DNA of 42,482 bases from Octopus bimaculoides (taxonomy: Eukaryota): positions 43,952,205 to 43,994,686 of the forward strand of contig NC_068987.1 of assembly GCF_001194135.2 (NCBI RefSeq), written 5' to 3'. A model generated the notes under the pieces. The model saw only the letters and a list, made by a program, of their open reading frames with translations, made no database searches and was not told the origin of the DNA. Numbering within the stretch: position 1 is the stretch's first letter; each line of letters opens with the position of its first letter. Of the stretch, positions 34,345 through 42,482 are shown one piece after another. The translations under genes were made by a program, and so were the position numbers.

Positions 34345-34723
34345 GTGGAGGCGCAATGGCCCAGTGGTTAGGGCAGCGGACTCGCGGTCATAGGATCGCG
34401 GTTTCGATTCCCAAACCGAGCGTTGTGAGTGCTTATTGAGTGAAAACACCTAAAAGCTCCATGAGGCTCCGGTAGGGGGTGGTGGCGAACCCTACTGTAA
34501 TCTTTCACCACAACTTTCTCTTACTTCCTGTTTCTGTTGTGCCTGTAATTCAAAGAGTCAGCCTTGTTACACTGTGTCACGCTAAATATCCCCGAGAAGT
34601 ACGTTAAGGGTACACGTGTCTGTGGAGTGCTCAGCCACTTGCACGTTAATTTCACGAGCAGGCTGTTCCGTTGATCGGATCAACTGGAACCCTCGACGTC
34701 GTAAGCGACAGAGTGCCAACAAC
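34345..34723 (+). mobile_element. Full-length SINE family D with a degenerate 13-bp TSD
   Basis: tRNA-like head TGGCCCAGTGG / GTTTCGATTCC and tail GAGTGCCAACAAC. TSD GTACGTGAGATTT (34332-34344) versus GTATGTGAAATTT (34724-34736). Confidence 0.9.
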
Positions 34724-34847
34724 GTATGTGAAATTTAAGCTTTCCTCTTTTTATTCTCAATATAAATGTATGTATATATGTATGTATATGTGTATGGTTG
34801 AGTATCTGTCTGTCAGTCTGTCTGTGTACGTGCGCGTGTGTGTATCT

Positions 34848-34975
34848 TTTATCTTTTCTTTGATTCACTTATTGGACTGCGGTCATACTGGGGCACCGCA
34901 TTGAAGAGTTTAGCCAAAAGAATCGACACCAGTAGTTATTTTTAAAGTCTGGTATTTATTCTATCGGTATCTATG
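34848..34975 (-). mobile_element. SINE family A tail
   Basis: TTATTGGACTGCGGTCATACTGGGGCACCGC...TATTCTATCGG. Confidence 0.75.
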
Positions 34976-35649
34976 TCACGTAGGTATAGCAAATTTTAGA
35001 GGTAATACTTGATAAGTGTAAGCACCTGTATATGCCAGATAGTGGCCGAGGTGAAAGAATATATTAAAACGTAAAAACGTAAAATGAAAACAGAACACAA
35101 AGGATTCCGCGGTACACAGTCGTTGCATCATTATATGAGTATATAATTGATAGAAAGGATGGTTTAAAGCTATCTTCAGCCGCAGACATATTCAGTCCCA
35201 AGATTACATCACAAAGAAAAAATCACAAAGGAAAAAGAAAAAGAGAGAGAAAATGGAGAGAGAAAAAGGAAAAGTCCACTTAGTATTATCCATTGTAATA
35301 TGCTTGTCCTTTAAATTGTTATATTTACATAAAAGTTCCTCGGTATTCAAAAATCTGTCCATATTGTACCACAATTCAGGGTAGAGTGAATGATAAATAA
35401 ATATAACTAGCGTATACGAGATAGAAGGAGAGGATCAAAAATGAAAGAAGTTAGAGGTTAAAAACAATATAAAATACGAAAAAAAAACAATATAAAATAA
35501 GAGATAAAATACAAAAATAATAGAAGTCAAATCGAGGGTAATATAAGAAAAAATACGGATGCATATAAAAGATTTAGTAGGGTTGGAATAAGGTACAGAT
35601 AGATGGATATCTAGATGGCTTGACAAATAGACAGAGAGAGACAATTAAC

Positions 35650-35862
35650 TCAAAATTTTTTCCGGTTTTGTGAAAAAGCCTTTGAAATCTCTTTCTCGTC
35701 AATATGAATCAGTAAATGTTTTACTGTTAATGCTGCGATACAAAGACGACAACGACCGACCAGCTTCGCGCCAATATAGTTTCCAAAACCTTTAATGACC
35801 ACCTTTGTATTTCTCTGCTCTAAATACTGGGCAACAAGTACGTTAGAAACTACTCCCGCCAA
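35650..35862 (-). pseudogene. Isolated exon-like remnant, weakly TRPM MHR4-like
   Basis: 71-codon non-repetitive open frame ...CIAALTVKHLL..DEKEISKAFSQNRKKF. The adjacent frame reads LYWREAGR. Confidence 0.3.
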
Positions 35863-35875
35863 TAGTAAAAACGAT

Positions 35876-35877
35876 TA

Positions 35878-35932
<55 letters not shown>

Positions 35933-36535
35933 NNNNNNNNNNNNNNNNNNNNNNNNNNNNNNNNNNNNNNNNNNNNNNNNNNNNNNNNNNNNNNNNNNNN
36001 NNNNNNNNNNNNNNNNNNNNNNNNNNNNNNNNNNNNNNNNNNNNNNNNNNNNNNNNNNNNNNNNNNNNNNNNNNNNNNNNNNNNNNNNNNNNNNNNNNNN
36101 NNNNNNNNNNNNNNNNNNNNNNNNNNNNNNNNNNNNNNNNNNNNNNNNNNNNNNNNNNNNNNNNNNNNNNNNNNNNNNNNNNNNNNNNNNNNNNNNNNNN
36201 NNNNNNGCTACGATAACAGTAACAAATGCAAAAGTACTAGCAGCAACGATAATGACGACATCTACAGCAGCAGCAGCACCACCACCACCACCACCACCAC
36301 CACCACCACAAACAGTAGAAACAACAACAATAACAGCAACTGTATCAATAACAGCATCAATAGCAAGATGAACAAGAAAAGTAACATGAGCAACAAGATT
36401 GAAAACAACAGTGATAACTGTATGGAAAACAACAACAACAATAACAACAACGACGACGACGACGACACCAACAACAACAATAGCAGCAGAAACAGTGGTA
36501 GTAGTAGCAGCAGCAATAATAACACGATGAATCTC
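35876..36535. repeat. (ATT)n, assembly gap 35933-36206, then a compound (CAA/CAG/CAC)n block
   Basis: Direct reading. Confidence 0.9.
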
Positions 36536-37075
36536 AACAAAGCTACTTCCTTTTCTAAAGCCGTTAGCAATTGGAGTATTTTTTCAGTGGATGACTTAAA
36601 AAATAAGGCACTGGAATATAAGAGTGACATTATGAAACCAGGTGTTATGTGCCTTAGTGAGGAGGAGAAAAAACCTCCGAAAGAGGAACAATTGTTTACA
36701 AATGTGTTAAGTTATACTTCTCCATAAGTTTCTTAGCCTCAAGGTTGGCTTTCCCGAGTACACCTTTACCGGTAATCCTATAGTTTTTTAAAATTTCCTT
36801 TTTAAGCAGTTCTAGGTAATAGTCCTTGGTAAGTTTGTAAGTTATCCATACTATAAATTTCTTTGGTGACATTGTGAAGATACCTCAGATGTTTATTCCT
36901 TAGAGGTGAACAGTGAAATTTTACATTCCTCACAATAGACCAGAGATCGTCTTCAAACTGTTTCAATCTCGGGTTAGGTGGAGGATTGTTTTAGATTTAA
37001 ATAATTTCTTAAATTCAGAAGTTATATTATTAGTGGGCTGTTAAATACCCTTATTGTCGAAGAAAAAAGTGAGCC
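36535..37075 (-). mobile_element. Penelope-like element, N-terminal ORF fragment (inverted part)
   Basis: RWLTFFFD, FKSKNNPPPNPRLKQFEDDLWSIVRNVKF, ANLEAKKL.EKY.L. Confidence 0.75.
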
Positions 37076-37870
37076 ATCTGATACAGTTAATAAAGGAATT
37101 TGTCTTATTAATGACTTGCTTAAGGAAAACATTCTTTCTGAAATTATTCTACATTTAAGGGTAGTAATAAACGCAACAGAACAGGGCTTGGTAAATTAAT
37201 TTGGTATCTAAAAGATCATGATAAACAATTTAATTTAGATAGGTTAATTCTCTCCATTTCATTCCCATACGATAAAGGCAAAGAATTCTGCCAACTCTGT
37301 AATAGTGAACTATTGTATATTCTATTTTCTAAGAATCCCCTTGTAAACGCGTTTATAGAGCGTGCTTATCGATGTGAACATTGGCAGAAACATACCTTTA
37401 GTTCATATAAGTGATATCTAGCATTCTATATAATTTGAACATTGATTTTTTCTTACATTTCACTTCCACTAGATGTATCTATTTCCAAGCCTTTAAGCTT
37501 TTATTTTAATTCACATATCGCTCTATATTTCCCTTTTATTAGTTTTCTGCTTATTTCTTTCCTTTATCCCTTCTCTTTCTATTGGCTACCTTTGACGTTA
37601 TATCTTCTAACGGTTTAAAAAAAAAAACCTTATTAGCGTTCCGTTCATCATTACACACATCCATCACATTCTGTTAAAATGTCTTATTGATGGGTTTGGT
37701 TTCTTTCTATCCCTGATGAGAAGATTACATTGTTTTACACCATTTTATTCCTTTTGGAATAATACCAATGTTGTCTTCGAAACATATGTCGGAAGTAAAA
37801 GAATTTGAATAATACCTTTACAAACAGGATGTTACGTCCTTATTACTTGTGTGATTTTTTGCTGCCTTGG
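37075..37870 (+). mobile_element. Penelope-like element 3' end (GIY-YIG C-terminal part plus pLTR/3' UTR)
   Basis: GLGKLIWYLKDHDKQFN...PYDKGKEFCQLCNSELLYILFSKNPLVN...RCEHWQKH (stop ~37413), then a T-rich UTR carrying a hammerhead motif. Confidence 0.8.
37701..37803 (+). ncRNA. Type I hammerhead ribozyme motif in the Penelope pLTR
   Basis: CUGAUGA 37713-37719, helix II GAAGA...UCUUC (37720-37778), GAAA 37779-37782, palindromic helix III ACAUAUGU, GUC cleavage triplet 37788-37790, helix I UCC/GGA. Confidence 0.8.
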
Positions 37871-38177
37871 TAACTGTTTATTTTTTCCGTGTTAATTGTA
37901 AACAACGGGAAAATGCACATATCCATTTATATATATATATATATNNNNNNNNNNNNNNNNNNNNNNNNNNNNNNNNNNNNNNNNNNNNNNNNNNNNNNNN
38001 NNNNNNNNNNNNNNNNNNNNNNNNNNNNNNNNNNNNNNNNNNNNNNNNNNNNNNNNNNNNNNNNNNNNNNNNNNNNNNNNNNNNNNNNNNNNNNNNNNNN
38101 NNNNNNNNNNNNNNNNNNNNNNNNNNNNNNNNNNNNNNNNNNNNNNNNNNNNNNNNNNNNNNNNNNNNNNNNNNNNN

Positions 38178-38216
<39 letters not shown>
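38178..38216. repeat. (GA)n after the gap 37945-38177
   Basis: Direct reading. Confidence 0.95.
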
Positions 38217-38218
<2 letters not shown>

Positions 38219-38219
38219 T

Positions 38220-38470
38220 GACAAGTTTTAACAAATATCGTTTTAGCTTAACGTTTAAATGGAAGAAAAGAGTCTTGACGTTTCAGACGCAATTCTTCAT
38301 CAGAATAAAAATATAGAACAAACATATAAGAGGAGACTGAAAGAGTAAAAGTAGTTTTAGTGGAAAAACGGACAAGGAATTTATGGGCTAAGTGGGAATG
38401 AGATTCTACATGGGAGTTAAGAATGGAGGGGGATTAAGACGAAAGGGAAATTAAGAAAAGGAGTTAAAAC
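38220..38470 (-). mobile_element. Solo Penelope-type pLTR fragment
   Basis: Pyrimidine-rich minus strand leading into a minimal hammerhead core. Confidence 0.55.
38275..38305 (-). ncRNA. Minimal type I hammerhead ribozyme motif
   Basis: Minus strand: UU-CUGAUGA-AGA(AUUGCG)UCU-GAAA-CGUC-AA. Helix III is the palindrome ACGU. Helix I is only about 2 bp. Confidence 0.7.
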
Positions 38471-38699
38471 ATACGAACACACATTTGTATAAATATATAT
38501 ATTTACAGCACATACCTACTCATACATATATGCATACGTATATGTGTACGGTTGTATGTATGTTTAGGTATACGTCAATGTATGAATACACATTATGTAT
38601 AGATTTGTCTACTCGTCATATGAAACAATAAGGAGATGCAAACATGAGAATAGTCACCTACAAATATAAAATGGAGCAAACGTAGTATGCATGACATTT

Positions 38700-39080
38700 A
38701 GGAAATTATGACATCTCATTATTTCTTTTTCAAAAGTGAATTGCTTTCTGATGCTAAAATGGAACTTTCTACTTTTGTATTAAACAAAAGACTTGGAATT
38801 TAAGTTTTATTCACGGCATTGTTATTTCTTTATGAATTAAGTTGCAACACAGTGTGAAAAACTTGTTTTAATCCTGTTCATGAGAACATAGTCTTTGTTT
38901 GATACTGATAGCATTTGTTGCTGGTGGGGCTGTTGATAATTGTGGCAGGTTAAATGAGAAAATGAATCAATAGAAATATGACTTGATTTCTATTAAATCG
39001 CCATTCTAACTGACTATGATACAAATAAATTTGAAGTTCATGCCTGTTAAAATATTTGGCATTAATACATTTTCTGTTTC
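38700..39080 (-). pseudogene. Degenerate coding-like remnant, weakly TRPM MHR3/4-like
   Basis: ILTGMNFKFICIIVS*NG, VFHTVLQLN and ESSILASESNSLLKK occur in that order across frames. Confidence 0.25.
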
Positions 39081-39207
39081 TTAGATAGCAACTTAGCTAC
39101 CATCCTACCTACATATCTACCTATCTTCATTCCAACTTTTTATCTACGATTCTACATTCCTACATATATATCTATTTTACTGCCTAGCTGCCTACCAAGC
39201 TACATGC

Positions 39208-39209
<2 letters not shown>

Positions 39210-39257
<48 letters not shown>

Positions 39258-39260
39258 GTC

Positions 39261-39311
<51 letters not shown>

Positions 39312-39420
39312 CTAGCCTAATAACCTACCTGCATAAAACCAATTCATCTGTCTATCTACTTTACTCTCTATCTAATACCTACCTACGTACCTACCTACCT
39401 ACCTAATTACCTACCTACAT
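39210..39420. repeat. (TATC)n, (CT)n, (TACC)n microsatellites
   Basis: Direct reading. Confidence 0.9.
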
Positions 39421-39460
39421 GCTTTTCTATGTACCTAATTATCTTTCCTGCCTTTCTAAT

Positions 39461-39834
39461 TGTGGGGGCGCAATGGCCCAGTGGTTAGGACAGCGGACTC
39501 GCAGTCATAGGATCGCGGTTTCGATTCCCAGACCGGGCATTGTGAGTGTTTATTGAGCGAAAACACCTAAAAGCTCCACGAGGCTCCGGCAGGGGATGGT
39601 GGCGAACCCTGCTGTAACTCTTCCACCACAACTTTCTCTCACTCTTACTTGCTGTTTCTGTTGTGCCTGTAATTCAAAGGGTCAGCCTTGTCACACTGTG
39701 TCACGCTGAATATCCCCGAGAACTACGTTAAGGGTACACGTGTCTGTGGAGTGCTCAGCCACTTGCACGTTAATTTCACGAGCAGGCTGTTCCGTTGATC
39801 GGATCAACTGGAACCCTCGACGGAGTGCCAACAA
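39461..39834 (+). mobile_element. Full-length SINE family D with a 9-bp TSD
   Basis: Close paralogue of 34345-34723. CCTTTCTAA at 39451-39459 and 39835-39843. Confidence 0.92.
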
Positions 39835-40067
39835 CCTTTCTAACTACTTACCTATTTTTCAATTCACCTACCTATCACAGTAGTTATTTCCCTTCATGTA
39901 TACCTCCTTACCTATCTGCATTCACATCTTACTTGCTTCCATATCAAACTGTCTAGCTACTTTTCCACACATAGACCACCTTTCCGAAGTACCTACCTAC
40001 TTACCCTACATACGTACCTGCGTTCATACACACTAACATTTCCTACCTAATGACAAAAATACCCAAT

Positions 40068-40222
40068 AATAATGCTTTCTAGTTTTGGGCACAAGGCCAG
40101 CAATTTCAGGGGAGGGATAGATCGATTACATCGGCTCCAGTGTCCAACTGATACTTATCTTATCGATCCCAAAAGGATGAAAGGTAAAGTCGACCTTGGC
40201 GGAATTTGAACTCAACGTAAAA
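40068..40222 (-). mobile_element. SINE family B, 5'-truncated
   Basis: GGCACAAGGCCAGCAATTT...AAAGGATGAAAGGTAAAGTCGACCTTGGCGGAATTTGAACTC. Confidence 0.9.
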
Positions 40223-40379
40223 TTACCAAATCATAACAACTTCATCGCCCAAGAAAATTTCACTTTGTTCTTAAACGAAAGGAACCAGTTATATAGTCGT
40301 AGAAGGTTCTACAATGCACAGTTAAGATGCAGTTTTGACAAGTTGGTTACTCCGAGCCGGTTTCGATTCCTATTGAAAG

Positions 40380-40512
40380 ACCATCCATTTCAGTTATCTT
40401 TTTACTTGTTTCAGTCATTTGACTACGGCCATGCTGAAGCACCGCCTTTAGTCAAAGAAATCAGCCCCAAGGCTTATTCTTTGTAAGCCTAGTACTTATT
40501 CTATCGGTTTCT
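40380..40512 (-). mobile_element. SINE family A tail, running into the gap 40513-40736
   Basis: TTTTACTTGTTTCAGTCATTTGACTACGGCCATGCTGAAGCACCGCC. Confidence 0.85.
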
Positions 40513-40759
40513 NNNNNNNNNNNNNNNNNNNNNNNNNNNNNNNNNNNNNNNNNNNNNNNNNNNNNNNNNNNNNNNNNNNNNNNNNNNNNNNNNNNNNNNN
40601 NNNNNNNNNNNNNNNNNNNNNNNNNNNNNNNNNNNNNNNNNNNNNNNNNNNNNNNNNNNNNNNNNNNNNNNNNNNNNNNNNNNNNNNNNNNNNNNNNNNN
40701 NNNNNNNNNNNNNNNNNNNNNNNNNNNNNNNNNNNNATGTTATGTGGAAAAAGTGATGA

Positions 40760-42470
40760 TTAATGAATAAATGGGAGGGGGGGACAAGCAGCGCCCGCCG
40801 ACTGTCTGATCCCCGAAAACATTGATCTTTTACAAGCCTCTTACACTGTTCGTTATGTTAATTGCTACAAAAAGGAGGCATTACGCCTCTTACTTTGTTT
40901 TAAACAAACTGTGGTTTCAAACCCCTCCTCAGTTCATAACATTGAGGCTTTTCAACTTTTTATCCATATTCTTCCCCATCATCGCTTGTGACCACATCTT
41001 CCGCCAACACCCACGCCTCTTTTAAGCACTCAGCGAGTGGCATGTCGGCGTTGCTAGGCCACAAGCCATATTTCTCATTTAGCCTCTCCAACCTTTGCAT
41101 CACGGCAAACGTTATGACCTCCACACCTATCTGCGGAGGGCATTCGGGATCACTTGTGCAGGTCAAAGTTGCTCCCTTCTAGTGCTTTTCCAGCTCTTCC
41201 TCCACCTCTCCGCCTCTGTAGAAGACCAATATTTCCTCTTCCTCCGAGGACGGGATAGGTGCAATTCCACCCGACGATGGATCAACGTCCGTCGGCAGCT
41301 CAACCGTCGACATACCATTTTGTTTCCTTTTTCTCTTTTTCTTTTTTCCGGTAGGAGCGGGGGTTTACCCGGTGGCTTTAATTCCCCTTCCACCTCTACA
41401 TTATTTATATGAGGTTTCGGCGGGCTACTATCACTGCCCGCCTTTCTCTTTTTCCCACTTTCAGGTAAGGCCTTCGCCTCCTCATTTTTTTCCACCGGCT
41501 GAGCAGGACTGCGTTCTTTATTAATTGACTGCTCCTGGGCCACTCTCTGGTCCCGGCGACAATCCTTCTTTATATGGCCGGGCTCCAGGCATCCGTAACA
41601 GCAGACGGTCAGCGGCTGACTGGGTCCACAGAGTCAACACAGCTTTAGCCCCAACTCAATCAGCCGCCGGTGACATTTTTACATTTAACAATTTGATGTC
41701 CTTACTGCTACCAAGTCCCCGTCGGGTAGTTTCTGCTATCCATTCGGGCTTAACCCCTGGCGGCAACCCCCACACCCACGCACGCACAATATGAGGAGGA
41801 AAACAGAATTCTTTCCCTTTCCAGGGCCTGAATGGCAAACTTACACGCCATCTCCGGGGTCTTGAACAGCAACCATACGGGTGCATATTTGGGACCCCTA
41901 GCAATATGCCTTATCATCGGCATATATTCCGCCAGCTCTTCTTCTATCTCTGGTCTGGAAAAGGGGACAATGGTGTCCAAGGACATTGAATAAGTCCTCA
42001 GAACCACTGTCCTCTCTTTCAAATCTTTCACCCATTCTTTGGGTGAGTTGATCAACTACTCCAAAGTAATGTCATTATTATTTTTTCTTTCCATGTTCAC
42101 AGTTAACTGTAGAAAAATTTAAAGCAAAAAAGCAAGGAAAACAGTTTTAAAAAATGCACAGTTAAATGTCCACTGTCCTCCGGCCTATTCGAACTCCTGG
42201 CCAGTCCTGGGTAATCCGATATAGGTAATCCACAATATCCAAATAATTTTTTCCACAAAATTAGATGTTCACTGTATTATTAACAGCAATCAGTACTTGA
42301 ATGTCCATAAACAGAGACAAAAGTCCAGTTACAAAAGTCTACAATAAAATATTTTCGTTAGAAAAAATTCCTGCGTTGCAGGATGCGCCCCACCCCCAAG
42401 AACTCTTCAACAAAACCAACGCAGCCAAAGGCGAACAAAATCGCCTCGAGACCAGTGGGGGTACCTTACT
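40760..42470 (-). mobile_element. 5' UTR plus frameshifted ORF1 of an L1/Tx1-like LINE
   Basis: GC-rich island. KERTVVLRTY, VWLLFKTPEMA and PEWI suggest RRM-like ORF1 motifs, followed by a basic/Pro-rich tail (GKKRKAGSDSSPPKP). An upstream non-coding leader is present. Family assignment is inferred. Confidence 0.6.
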
Positions 42471-42482
42471 AGTGAAAAATAA

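Noticed and set aside
34345-34420. tRNA-like cloverleaf heads with A/B boxes (also 1944, 4662, 19735, 39461)
   Set aside because: They continue into SINE bodies with tails and TSDs and lack a proper acceptor stem, so they are not tRNA genes.
40196-40486. 96-aa ORF between SINEs
   Set aside because: It starts and ends inside SINE sequence, and the middle has no recognisable motif.

Overview
Repeat-saturated, AT-rich animal genomic DNA in a gapped draft assembly. The SINE families and dense (ATT)n/(TATG)n/(GATA)n/(GA)n microsatellites point to Octopus or a related coleoid cephalopod (inference). There is no intact protein-coding gene, tRNA/rRNA gene or CRISPR array. The window is a stack of decayed mobile elements: R4/Dong-type and HERO/NeSL-type restriction-like-endonuclease (RLE) LINEs, two L1/Tx1-like fragments, a CR1/L2-type LINE, several Penelope-like remnants, a DD37D maT and two Tc1 transposons, a Helitron with its probable 3' terminus, and about 20 tRNA-derived SINEs in four families. 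The most notable signals are: (i) two Penelope-associated hammerhead ribozyme motifs facing each other across a gap, one with an unusually long helix II; (ii) a ~0.9 kb foldback palindrome built from scrambled R4/Dong fragments, next to a near-perfect 30-bp hairpin; (iii) a same-orientation train of (TAA)n-anchored LINE remnants at the window start; (iv) several non-TE, stop-riddled coding remnants, all on the minus strand, that by eye resemble TRPM-channel N-terminal (MHR1-4) motifs and may be a decayed tandem TRPM-like cluster. Item (iv) is low-to-moderate confidence and needs an HMM test. Element boundaries without a TSD or TIR are approximate.
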